In this document: piece after piece, positions 26,541 to 39,089 of the stretch
Numbering within the stretch: the stretch's first letter is position 1
Layout: each line of letters starts with the position of its first letter
NCBI RefSeq assembly: GCF_009914755.1
Contig: NC_060930.1
Source of the DNA: the human T2T-CHM13v2.0 reference genome, Homo sapiens
Strand: one strand, 5' to 3'
DNA length: 64,000 nt
The notes under the pieces: model-generated
Databases searched by the model: none
Told to the model about the DNA's origin: nothing
Seen by the model: the letters and a program-made list of their open reading frames with translations, nothing else
Position numbers and translations under genes: made by a program

Positions 26541-26616
26541 AGTAAAGAGAGGCCGCCGGCTGGGTCCGCGGGTCACTCCGAGGCGCGGGCTGCGGGCGGC
26601 GGGCGGCGGGCGCACC
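26541..26616 (+). promoter_or_regulatory. SLC22A3: Core promoter and 5'UTR: TATA-like AGTAAAGA (26541-26548), Inr GTCACT with A at 26575, 42-nt 5'UTR
   Basis: The only A/T-rich patch nearby lies about 30 bp upstream of a BBCABW initiator match. Confidence 0.6.
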
Positions 26617-27045
26617 ATGCCCTCCTTCGACGAGGCGCTGCAGCGGGTGGGCGAGTTCGGGCGCTTCCAGAGGCGCGTGTTTTTGCTGCTGTGCCTGACG
26701 GGCGTCACCTTCGCCTTCCTCTTCGTCGGCGTGGTCTTCCTGGGCACGCAGCCCGACCACTACTGGTGCCGCGGGCCAAGTGCCGCGGCGCTGGCCGAGC
26801 GCTGCGGCTGGAGCCCGGAGGAGGAGTGGAACCGCACGGCGCCCGCCTCCCGCGGCCCAGAGCCCCCCGAGCGCCGCGGCCGCTGCCAGCGCTACCTCCT
26901 GGAGGCGGCCAACGACAGCGCCTCCGCCACTAGCGCTCTCAGCTGCGCGGACCCACTCGCCGCCTTCCCCAACCGCTCGGCTCCCCTTGTGCCGTGCCGC
27001 GGCGGCTGGCGCTACGCCCAGGCCCACTCCACCATCGTCAGCGAG
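26617..27045 (+). CDS. SLC22A3: SLC22A3 (organic cation transporter 3, OCT3/EMT) coding exon 1, aa 1-143: TM1 plus large extracellular loop
   Basis: Translation [26 protein letters not shown]...[13 protein letters not shown] is the OCT3 N-terminus. It has the SLC22 GEFGRFQ and STIVSE motifs, loop cysteines, and sequons N72, N99, N119. Kozak context gcaccATG. The 429 nt end at GAG|GTAAGG (phase 0). Confidence 0.98.
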
Positions 27046-28229
27046 GTAAGGGCGCCCCGGCCCTTTGGAAGCCGGCGGGAGAGGACGATGCTGGCTCCCA
27101 GGCGGACAAGCCGCGTGTGAGACGCTGGCCGCCAGGGGAGGTCGGTGGAGACGGGGACCGGTCGGCTACCTCTGGGGACAGACAGGATTCAGCGCACCCT
27201 TGGAAGTGCCGCGTCGTAAATGCTGGGAAAAGCCTTTCGTTATCTGCCTGAGCCCGTGAGTTAATGCACAGATACTTTGGTTTCGGGTGTGAACAAAAAC
27301 TTTCTTCGAAGCCGAGTTGTAAACGCCTGGCGCACGCCTGCTCAGGAGTCAAAGACCCAGCACCGCGTTCCTTATCTTTGAGGTGTGCGGGCGCCGTCAT
27401 TGGAAATTATGGTTAGGTGCGCGATAGGGAACTTCAGTCTCTGGGGTGAGCGACGTTGGCAGTTCCGGATTCGCTTATGGTCTCCAGGGTCAAAGGAAAG
27501 GGCGAACCAACGTTTGAAGGCAGCAGCAGCTTTTTTCCAGTTGCCCAAATGGTTACTCAAAATGCAAGGGGACAAAGGTCGAGGCTTTCCCGGGGAATGG
27601 TTTTGGTAAAATTGCTTTGGGGCAAAGAGCAACATCTGGGATAAGTTGGGAAAACTGAAGTATTGGATAAATTTTAGTTTTTTTTTCTGGTAATAAATTT
27701 TAGGAACATAGCGGGAGGGCCACAGCCTTCCAACGCAAATCCCCAACCCATTTACAGGCGGAGGCTGCTGCCGGCGGGTGGGCGGGGGCGATCCCCACAT
27801 TTTGGGCAGTCAGTGCATTTGGAAGTTAGGGGAGCTTCCTTCACCCTTGCCCTCAGTAATCTGTTTCTGCATCCTTGCTGAAATGGAAGATTGCCTCTCT
27901 GTGAGGTCCAGATATAGAGCAGAGTCACTTTGTAATAATCGGAACTCAGAAACGGCCTCAATTGAGCATGGGTTGCAGAGATGAGCAGTTTTACTGAGCT
28001 TTGTCTACAATCACAGCTTAAGTTAATTTTAAAAAAAGATTGAATGTGATCAGGTACATTAGGAAAAAAGGTTTGTCTTTTTTTTGTGATAAACTTTAAA
28101 AAATCACCTACTTGAAGAGTGGGGAAAACACTGGATGAGGAGGTAGGAGCGCCCTTTCTGCCGCTGTTGCTGTTGGTCTGGTGAGCTTATCTCGCTGCAG
28201 TTGGGAGTGTCGGTGGTTGCAATTGTACA

Positions 28230-28575
28230 TGTTTTATACGCCATGTGCTGGTGTGTTCGCACAGTGGATGGCTCTATGCTATGTGCTCCAGGGATAAAAC
28301 CCATGGCAGGACAGCCAGGCGATGTGTGTATGTGTTTGGGATCTTTCTGTAACGCCATGTGCTGCTGTGTTCGCACAGTGGATGGCTCTATGCTAAGTGC
28401 TCCAGGGATAAAACCCCCTGGCAGGACAGCCAGGCAATGTGTATGTGTGTTCAGGGTGTTTCTATAATGCCACATGCAAGTGTGTTCGCACACTGAGTGG
28501 CTCTATGCTGAGTGATCTCAGGATAAACCCCCCTGGCAAGACAGCCAGGCAATACATATGTGTGTTGGGATCTTT
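28230..28575. repeat. Tandem repeat, ~114-115-bp unit x3
   Basis: Anchor (A/T)(C/T)GCCA at 28238, 28352 and 28467; shared GTGTTCGCACA, TGGCTCTATGCT, GGATAAA, GACAGCCAGGC. Confidence 0.93.
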
Positions 28576-29024
28576 AATTTCTACTTAATCCATGGTAAGG
28601 CTGGGGACTGCTTTATAATTGGTGATGGTCTGGTTAGAGATTTCACAGTTGAAAGGACAGGGCATGGACTTGGATGAGAGAGGGCATTATCTCTGTGAGT
28701 CGCATCTGTTAGGTGGCTTCTTCCACTCCACTCAGCAGCGCTGCCTAATGCTTACTTCCCAAGTGAACCAGAGGACCCACATGGAGGGCAGACAGCTGAT
28801 TTTTGGAGACATTTAAAGATGAAGAATAAAACGAGCCTCAACAAGTGCTCAAGCGAGGTTTGCATGAGTGAGTATGATCCATGGACATCAAAGAAGACAG
28901 ACATAAAAATCTGTAATTTAATGCTCTGACGGATACTTTGGAAGCATTCTGGAGTTGCAGGGTTACTAGCATCCCGGGGTTACAATAAGGTGATTTTATG
29001 AAGATCAGTGGCTACTAAAATGCA

Positions 29025-29130
29025 GTGTGGAATGATGGAGGGTCAGGGGCTGGCTCGGTCTCCAGCTGGCTGTGTGGCTTGGGTGAGTTACTCGCCTTCT
29101 CTGGGCTTGTATTTTTCCTCTGTAAAATTA
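29025..29130 (+). mobile_element. MIR
   Basis: 'gctgtgtggcttgggtgagttactcgccttctctgggcttgtatttttcctctgtaaaat'. Confidence 0.7.
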
Positions 29131-29262
29131 GCCATTGGATTCAGCCCGTTACAATGCTCCAAATGCCATCAGGGTCACCACCTGGTTACTGTTTGGTGTG
29201 CCCAGAACAATGATTAAAAAGTCTTTAAGAAAGTAGAATGATATTAGGAATGTACCCCGTAA

Positions 29263-29611
<349 letters not shown>

Positions 29612-31016
29612 TCTTTTTAAATTCCAAATAGTTTTGTGCTTCTTTTGGTTTGTTTTTCATGTTTGGTTTCTTAAGAGGAAAACCCCCATCTATTCATAAA
29701 GTTCAACTATCCAAAACAAGTCAGCAACTCTCTGAATTCTGCATAGCTAATATTTTGCTGTCTTTGGTTCAACTAATTTTTTTCTTTCAAATTCTGTCTG
29801 ATGAAAGGAACTGTAGTTCCATCTTCAGCTAACATTATGTATCCAGTGTATTTTTATAAACTTGAAGCCTAAGATACAAATCATGCAAAGGGGTGAATTG
29901 GGAGAGTTTACAAAGTGGGCGGGATGACCAGACTCCAGAATGCCTCCATATAGCTATAATACTTCATCCTTGCACCATGGTGGGAGGGGTATCATTGTCC
30001 TGGCTTCATAGAAGAGAGACCTGAGGACCTTCCAGGGTCCCACGCCATTTATGTAGCCAAACTGGATTCAAATCCGGGGGCCTTGATTGTAAGTCAGTCC
30101 ACTTTCCTCCATAAAGTGCTCAAAATCCTTCAAGCAAGTCCATGAAACATAGTACTCAGATCTCTCACACTTTATAACCTGCAGAAACCTCGTTGAAACT
30201 TTGTATTTATTTTCTTACTATCATGGTCCTCCAATGGGCTACTTTGTTTCATTTTACGGTGTCAGGATCCACAGTCAGCCAGACTGGCAGATGGGGAGGC
30301 TGTGCTTTCATTTGGTGGGAATGGTTCTCTAGCCTCCTGATGTGAAAGTTGCAAAATGGTCATTTAAATCTCATACACCACCTTCGCATCTTACAACTTG
30401 AGATAGTTCTAAGACACTAAGTCAGAAATCAATGCCAAGGGCACATCCCTTTATGGCCAGCTCCTAATTTGTGTCTCCTGCTCAAGGCAAGGCAGTGGAT
30501 TTATCACCCACATTGAACTTCCTCAGTGGAGACTTTTCTAATGTCCGAATCTCGGCCTTATCTTGTTGTCAGATATTGGGCAGAATAAAATACAATGTAA
30601 CGCAGAGAAGCGAGTCTGACCCCCTGTCCCAAATATTTCAATTCACTGCCCAGGGAGTGTCTTCAAGATTGATGCTAGGATTTTTCAATGCTTGCTAATA
30701 TGGTATGGATGAAAAAAAAAGAGCTTTTCCCTAGGCTATCACTCAGAGCAGGGCTTCAGAACACCTTTAAAAATAGACTGAATCACATTTGTTTTTCCTT
30801 TCCAGATCATTTTGACTTGGAATCACTTTTTCCCTTCCAGATTACCTGGCTGAATCTATAAAAACTGAATCCATTGTTTGTTTTTATTAGAAGAGTGTGT
30901 CTTTCCCATACTTTCTGAAACATCAACAATTCAACAAAAATTTTATGTTGGCCCTTGTCCCTCAGAGTAACTAGTCCTTTCTGTTGATGACAAAAGTGTT
31001 TTAATAGTGTAATAGG

Positions 31017-31303
31017 TTTTTGTTTTGTTTTGTTTTTTGACAAAGTCTCGCTATGTCACCCAGGCTGGAGAGCAGTGGTGCAATCTCAGCTCACTGCAAC
31101 CTTGCCCCCCGGGTTCAAGCAATTCTCCTCCCTCAGCCTCCTGAGTAGCTGGGATTACAGGCACCCGCCACCGCGCCTGGCTAATTTTTGTATTTTTAGT
31201 AGAGACAGGGTTTCAGCATATTGGCCAGGCTGACCTCAGGCGATCTGCTTGCCTAGGCCTCCGAAAGTGCTGGGATTACAGGCATGAGCCACTGCACCCA
31301 GCC
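31017..31303 (-). mobile_element. AluS with ~14-bp left-arm deletion
   Basis: Antisense dimer lacking tggtctcgaactcc; TSD taatag. Confidence 0.9.
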
Positions 31304-32379
31304 TAATAGTTTATTTTTAATGGAGTGAAAGCAGGACTCTAATGAGTGAACAGCCACCCCACTAGGTGTCTGATTCTTGGTCTAGGCAGCAGAATGGCCA
31401 AACAGATTCATGCAGCAATGCTTTCTGGACCTCAGAACAAGGAAAATATTTACAATAAGGACCTTCATTATGAGAATGTGCAAGAGTATCTCCTGCTCCT
31501 CTCTGGCAGCTGATATTTTGGATTATCAACATCAGTTCAGCTGAAGTTTATTTAGCATTTATTTTATTCTAGGCACTGGGCTAGGCTGGGGATACAAAGA
31601 TACACGAGTCTTTCTCAAAACAGCGTGAAGCTTGGCAGGGAAAATTGCAGCGATAATGTGATGACAGTGGCTGTGGGTGTGATAAAGGGTACCACCCTCT
31701 GATGGGACAGAGGAGTGAACCAGGGCAGAAAGTACATTGACCTTAACCTCAACCTCTGAGTACAAGGAGGAGTCCAAGAGGAAAATATGAGGGAAAAGAT
31801 GTTCTATTCTCACACCCTCTCATCTTCATTATTTTCTCTGCACCCATTTATTTTGTGCCCTCAGGAGCAGTGGTTGGTGTGCATTCTCGGGTCGCACACA
31901 CAGGGTTTGGAATCAAAAGACGAGGGTTGGAGTTCAGGAATTTTCCTTTTTCACAAACATCTAGGGCCCTTTTCAGATGGTCCATGGACCACACAGAGAG
32001 ACAAGCTGGGTGTTTCTTAATGAGGAGCATGATGAGAATATAATGACTGGGAGAGAATTGCCAGTTCCACCAAGCACACCCTGGAGACTCTCGGAGGGGA
32101 ACATTATCCCTTTATCCTCAGACAGGTATCCCAAATCTTATCAGATGAAATGCTGCTGTTTATTTTCAGAGAGCTTTGAGCTCTCCAGGGATGGGCAACT
32201 GATAATAAAATCCTGGAATTAACTGGGGAGCGGGGGAAGCCCACAGCTGAACCACACTTTCTGGGAGTCTTGGTAAACCTTAGAAAGGAGCTTTGGGCAA
32301 AGGTAGGGGACTCCAACAGATGTTGCAGAGACATCTGTACTTTTGGACCCACGGGTTATTTTTGGCATTGGCATCTTAG

Positions 32380-32590
32380 TAGAGTGGAAAGAATACACAT
32401 GTCCTTTGGTGTCAGATAAATCTTGTCCTAAATCCCAGCTCCTCTATTAACTTGAAGGGCAAGTCAACTGAGCATCTGCCTGAGCCTCAGTTTCCTCAGC
32501 ACTAGAATGGGTACAAGAATGCCTGCCTTAGCAATTGGCTTGACATATGCTTGCAAAGTGCCTGGTCATAGGTGGTGCTCAGAACAGTTG
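32380..32590 (+). mobile_element. MIR
   Basis: 'aaatcccagctc...gggcaagtc...tgagcctcagtttcctc'. Confidence 0.75.
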
Positions 32591-32754
32591 GTTCCTGTGA
32601 ACACATAAAGACCCTTAAGCCAGGTGGGAGTCAGGAGGGAGGGAAGGAACAGGCTATGGGCCAGATTTGACCCTGGAGCTGTAAGTTTGCTGATCCCTGG
32701 TCTAGCATAATAAATCACTGATAAATTTGCCTTAAATATAAAGAGTCAAAGCCT

Positions 32755-32990
32755 TGGCCAGTTGTGGTGGTTCATGCCTGTAATCCCAGGAGTCTGAGGC
32801 CAGCCTAGGCAGCATTTTGAGACTCCAACTATACAAAAATATTTTAAAATTTTTAAAAAATTGGCCGAGTGTGGTGATGCATGCCTGTAGTCCTATCTAC
32901 TCAGAAGGTTGAACCCAGGAGGTCGAACTGTGCTGCTGTATTCCAGCCTGGGTGACAGAGGAAGACCCTGTCTCTAAAAAATAAAATAAA
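32755..32990 (+). mobile_element. Degenerate AluJ with internal deletions
   Basis: Alu head, middle A-rich linker, 'ccagcctgggtgacagag...gaccctgtctc' and A tail. Confidence 0.75.
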
Positions 32991-33029
32991 ATATCTCGGA
33001 CACTAATTTGCTCTAAAGGCTGAGAATAC

Positions 33030-33390
33030 CGATACTTTCCCACTGGACCCCACAGGTAGGTCATATTTCCCAGCTTCCCTTGAAGCTAGAGAGGCCACGT
33101 GTCTGAGTCCTGGTCAGTGATGTTGGGGAAGTGAATGTGGAACTGCTAAGCCTGGAGCCGGAGCAACCTTCCTCCTGCAGTCCCCGGAGGATGGTGGAAC
33201 TCTTACACGGAAGGATATGCGTTCCTGGAGGCATGCGAGGCAGGCAGGAGCCCCACAGCTCCCCTCCACACCAATTCATCTGCACAGGAATATGGGATTG
33301 CGAATAAGAAATAAGCTTTATTGTGTTACACAACTGAGGCTTGGGAGACTGCTTGTTGCAGCTCTTCCTGTTAGGCTGCTCTGACTCATA
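33030..33390 (+). mobile_element. Old MaLR LTR (MLT1I/J-like)
   Basis: 'catatttcccagcttcccttgaagctag...ggccacgtg' and 'agaaataagctttattgtgtta...ctgagg...gcttgttgcagc'. Confidence 0.65.
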
Positions 33391-33676
33391 CAGCATCTTA
33401 GTGTGCTTCCTGGCAGGGCACAGGTCACGAGGCTGTGGGCACCTGACAAAATGGTATGGAGGCTGGTGCCTCTAAGAGCATCCTCCCCTAGGTCTGGTAC
33501 ACAAGGTCTCTGTGCCTCCACCCCATGTCTCCGCCTATAGAGGCTTTTCCCTCTCTTAGCCCCCGGGGCTCCCACTCTCCAGGCAGTCACCCTGGGACAT
33601 GTGCCACAGCTGTCCTCCCCTTGGGCTCTTGTGTGCGCTGTTTCCTTTCCTTTCCTCAAAATACCTGTCTTTCCTC

Positions 33677-34000
<324 letters not shown>

Positions 34001-37000
34001 CTTGTCTTTTCTCATGAGGCTGTTCCGTTTTGTACCTTTACACACACCAATTCCAGACACACCTTCCCCACTGCTGCCTCTACCCAGGGCTGGGCTTGGC
34101 TTCCTTTATCTGTCTAGCTGCCTTCCCTCTACTCATCTTGTGCTCACTGCCTCATCAGACTCTGAGGTGCTGGAGGGCCGGCGCTCTGCCCTCCTAGCCT
34201 AACGCAGTGTTTGGCAAATATTTGTGATTAAATTAATGAATGAAAGAGAAAGGGATTCCTTGGCACGTGTAATGCTTTTTATGACCATGGCTAGGCCAAC
34301 CCTGGAATTGGCTTTCAGAGATTAACCCAGGCCCTCTACCGATGGTGTTGCTTCCTGTTGACTCCTAACGCCGATTCCTTGCCTCATCCTCCGCCTTCAT
34401 CATCTTCTGCCTTGCATCCATGAGGTGTGATCAGTCACAGGGTGAACAATCATCGGCGGCCATGGCCGCCCGCAGACCTCTGGAGCAGGAGGAAAACAGG
34501 CCTCCACTTTACTTGACTCCTATCTGCTCATGGGGTCTGTGTCCGCAGAATCCTAATGTAGGGGGTGTGACCTGGAACATGAAAGGGACAGGAAGGAATA
34601 GAACTGCTGGCTCTTTGGGGCCATAATTTTAATGTGCTGACGTCCATTGTGCAGAAGAGACTTTTCCCAGCTGTCCTGGCACCACACAGTAGTCTGTGTC
34701 ATCAATCGAGCCTGCTCCAGGGCAGCTGGGCACAGGTGCAAGGCCCGGTGCAGGGAGGAGCACTGAAGGGCCTGGGCTGAGCAGCTCCCAGGGTGCAGCG
34801 CTGTCCCCTTCATGGCTATGGAGTGGGGAGCAAACACCACCTACCTTCCAAAACAAACTAAAACCTTTCCAACATTCTGCCTCGGTTTTTTCCCCACCCC
34901 CTCTTAAATCATAACCAAGAAAGGACATGTATTTATATTCTGTGAGGAAAAAGCAAAGTTTTAATGGTCTTTGGTGTGGCTTTTTAAAATGATAAATGAC
35001 TGTTGAGCTTGTCAAATCATGGCTAATACTGTTTTATCTGGGTGAGATCAGTAACAGCTTTTTAAGGGTTACCATGCTGTTATTTCTCTTCGTGTTGGTA
35101 ATAAAGCAAAATAACTCTGTGGCTGGTACTTGTGTGATAATAGAGAAAATTAGTGAGGGGTGAAGTTTAGGGGCTTAGAAGAAGGTGAATAAATAAATGT
35201 AATTTAAACAATTCTGGGGCAGGCATCCATCCCACCTTCCTTAACATCTGCTCTAGATTCTAGTGCCCTGTAGAGTCCAAGGAGGGGAGCTGTCCTTGAC
35301 TGTGAGCATAGTGGAAACCACTGGATGGAGGAAGGGTAGGCACAAGCCTGGACCTGAGAAACAAAGGCACCTATTCTGCTTTCAAATTCAGTCCTGGGAG
35401 AGCAGGTGACCTCTGTCATAGGACTGCTATAGGGCACCAGCAGTGGAGATAACCAAGTGATAAGCAAGTCTTTGGCTTTCCATTAACAGAGACCACTGGT
35501 CCCAACATGGAAAAGCGTCCCAGAAGCCTTTCCCAGTTGCTGCGTCCACCTAGCATACACACAGGATGGCTCTGATTTCATGACACTTCTGCCAACGGGA
35601 AGCTTTGGGCAATCGACAGCACAAAATGAAAGACAACATGTGTGCTTCCAGGCTAGTGGGGAGGGACGCCGTAAGCTGATGCTTCTGAGACAGAAACCGA
35701 AGGGACAAGGTGCCAGGAGCTCCTATACTAAAAACTGTTTGTAGCACATTTATGGGGATTAAGTGGTTGTGGTGAAAACAGCCTGCACGTTTAATATTGA
35801 TGACGTTTTAAAAAGCAATGCACTGCAAATATCTGTTGAGAAATGAATGCCCTTTAATTGTTCACAAATGAGTATCTTAAAGAAAATACCCATAGAGAAG
35901 TCACCTGGATAGTTAAAAACATTAACTACCCAGGGTAGAGGAGAAAATTAGATTGAAACTAATTCAGATTAATTTGGCATCAACTTTAAAGAAATCAAAT
36001 AAATAAATGTCCAAGTTATTAGAGTGTAAGAAAGTGTTCCAGGAACCTTTTCCACAGAGGTTCTTGATCTTCCTGTGTGGCAGTTAGTGGGAAATTATGT
36101 GACAAATTTATCACATCTCTTGTCAGCTCCTAGCATCCTTGTAAGATTGCTACAATTCCCTATCCAGTCTGTATCTAATAGAGCATACATAATGATTTTT
36201 ATTTTAATTCCAACCAAGTTGAATACATTATAAAACCAAATAAAATTGTCTATTTATCAACTCCAGAGATCATTAGATAATAACAATTTATTGTTGCAGA
36301 GTTTTGTGAAAAAATTATCAAATTTTAGATCCAAACTGGTTTAGTGTAGTGTATTGCTAAGGCAAATAGGTGGCTAAGAACGTAGACTTCCTAGTTTTGT
36401 GGATGCAAGCAAATGGCTGAATTTGAGGGTTTTTGAGCTCTGGACTAGCCCAGTCCTGAGATTTCCTGGTTTTAGTGGGGAGACTTAGGTAAATAAGGCA
36501 TTCAAAGTGCTTGTCCTGTTGTCTGAGATATGTAAGTAGCTGGTGATGATCATAGATGCTGACAACAGATACTGAGAAAGTTGACTCAGAGAGGCAGCTT
36601 GGGCCTGGAAATTCAGGCAAATGGCAAGCCCCTAGGGCTGAGGGAAGCGTGCTTTAGGCAGGGCACCAAGATTCCAATACTAAGGACGTGGCCAGGGTCC
36701 ACTCTCTGGAGCTGGTATAAACTGGAGCTTAGTAATGAAAACTAGGGAAAGGCCCAGGGTAGAGGTCGGAGCTACCAGATTTGGCAAGATTTCTCAAGCC
36801 CCCGTGGATTCAGTTGTGATATAGAGTGAACAATCCCCCCATCCGGGTGGCTCTGGGGACAAATGAGAAACATGCAGGAACCGCTGAGCATGTGGAAGGT
36901 CCTGGGCACATGCCAGTTCCCTCCTTCTTGCTCTTTGTCACTAACTGTGGTGCCCAAGTCCTCCCCTTGCCTGGTCTAGTCTGGGGTTGCTGGATGTGGA

Positions 37001-38331
37001 CTCACTCAGAACCCCACACTTCTTTCCAATTGCAGTCTGAGCAGAGGGACGCTGGGACAGAGCCCTGGACTTTCCTAAAACCGGGAAATCCCAGGACAGG
37101 ACTAGACCAGAGCTCAGTGAGGGCTGAAGACTCAGCTGTGGGGCTGCAGGGCTTGAACTCCATCGCATGTTTTCTCATGAGCCTGGAAATCCTTCAATAA
37201 ATATGAACAACAAAAGTGCCCCAAAGGTGCTGTGTTAGAAAGGCACCCATCTGGCTCATGCCTGTATTCTAGTTGAGTCAATAAGGCAAATTTACCTTAT
37301 GTTGTTTGTGGGCAGTTGCAATGGTCCTATAGGCAATGAAAACATCAGATCACAGTTTGCTTGTGTTGCTGTGAGAATCTGACCTCAAAGAAAATACTCC
37401 CCCAACCCAAATCCAAATCTATGAAATGAAGACACAGCAGTTGTGGTGGGGCACTAATTATGAATGTTGAGCTTCAGGTTAGGGTTGAAGTAAATTTGGG
37501 CTAAAGTGCTTTATATATTGAGCATTCCAATTCTCATAACATTGAATAGACACTAAAACTTAATTTACGAAAGTAGTTTAATAGCCAATGGGGACAAAAA
37601 TTTATTCTTACAGTTATCAATACTCACTTCCTGCTTAGAAACTTGTTTTCTTCCTTAATTACCAGAAAACAGAGTACATTTAATAATCAATCATACTAAA
37701 TTTAAAATTAGGGAAAGAGAGCTTATGGTGTTCAGCAAAAAGGGAAATATCAAAAAAGACATCTTAGCATCTGGATTTTTTGGCCAAAAGGAGAGCCTGC
37801 AGTTTAATTAATGGTCTACATCAAACAGGATATTTTATGAAGCAATAGAAAGCTGTAATTAAATCTAGCCTTCTGGATTTGATACATCACAAAACCAGGA
37901 GATAAAAACAACAGAAAATTGGTGATAGGGTTGAAACTCAACCTTGTTCAAGAAGCATTCACAATGGAAGCTGTTGACCTATATTCTATATACTTTACAT
38001 TTCAACAGATAGTCTATGTTTGAACAGTGATTTTTTTATATGTGAAGATTTCTGTAAAGAACTGTATTAACATTTGTAAACAGAGTCCAAGAAAAATTAA
38101 TTATGACTCCTTTTTTGGATTTCACATTGGTACAGCATGACCTTTAACTCATTATCTTATTACAACTATTAGAAGAATAGTAAAAACATATTTCATATAC
38201 TTTTCAAATATTTATAATCATAGTATTCTTTTTATAATAGTTTTCAATTCTTATTTGATAGCATGCTATACAATTATTTTTCCTTACTAAACTTTCATAG
38301 ACATTTCACTTAAATGATTTTTCTTTTTTTA

Positions 38332-38662
<331 letters not shown>

Positions 38663-39089
38663 GATATATACAAGGTACAAATTATTTGAATTAGTCTATA
38701 TTGATCTCCCTTTTCATTCTCTCAGTTTCTCTTTATTAAACCTCTTTCTCTTAAGAACATAAACAAACAACAACTACTAGAAAAGCTTTAAAGTCCAGCA
38801 TTAGTCAAATTGAAGTACTGTCCTGACCCGGAAAGCATTATCCAAGAAAGTGCATTTCAAGGCCACCTTTCCTAAACCAGTCTCAGGAAGGTCCACGCTC
38901 TATTTCCCTTTGCAAAAGCATTTAAGTTAATGCTGATATATGATTTGTATTTATTAACTCCCCCCCGCCCCAACCAATGTAGTCTTTTTTACCTTAACCT
39001 ATTATTGACTTGGTGACAAGATATAGAGTGATCATGGAGCTGGGATCCATGTTCCTATGTGTCATCAGTTAGAAGAATGAAGAGGCCAA

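Larger units (their letters stand above)
25560..27430. promoter_or_regulatory. SLC22A3: CpG island promoter of SLC22A3
   Basis: Very high GC and CpG density with several GC-box-like GGGCGG/GAGGCGG motifs, spanning the TSS region and exon 1. Boundaries approximate. Confidence 0.93.

Noticed and set aside
25507-27027. 506-aa minus-strand ORF across the promoter
   Set aside because: Non-ATG start, low-complexity Ala/Pro/Arg/Gly content, includes the pentamer repeat and the antisense shadow of exon 1. Stop codons are scarce in very GC-rich DNA.
27046-27120. Extension of the OCT3 ORF to 167 aa
   Set aside because: Read-through past a consensus donor into intron 1; OCT3 homology ends at ...TIVSE.
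26760-28165. Several TGCCGC (ZFP57) hexamers suggesting an imprinting control region
   Set aside because: Four or five copies is about what such GC-rich sequence gives by chance.
34797-34808. REST/RE1-like AGCGCTGTCC (also TCAGCACCAC near 52894)
   Set aside because: Half-sites only, with no partner at a canonical spacing.
37083-37092. Perfect NF-kB decamer GGGAAATCCC
   Set aside because: Isolated motif; some matches to the degenerate consensus are expected by chance in 64 kb.
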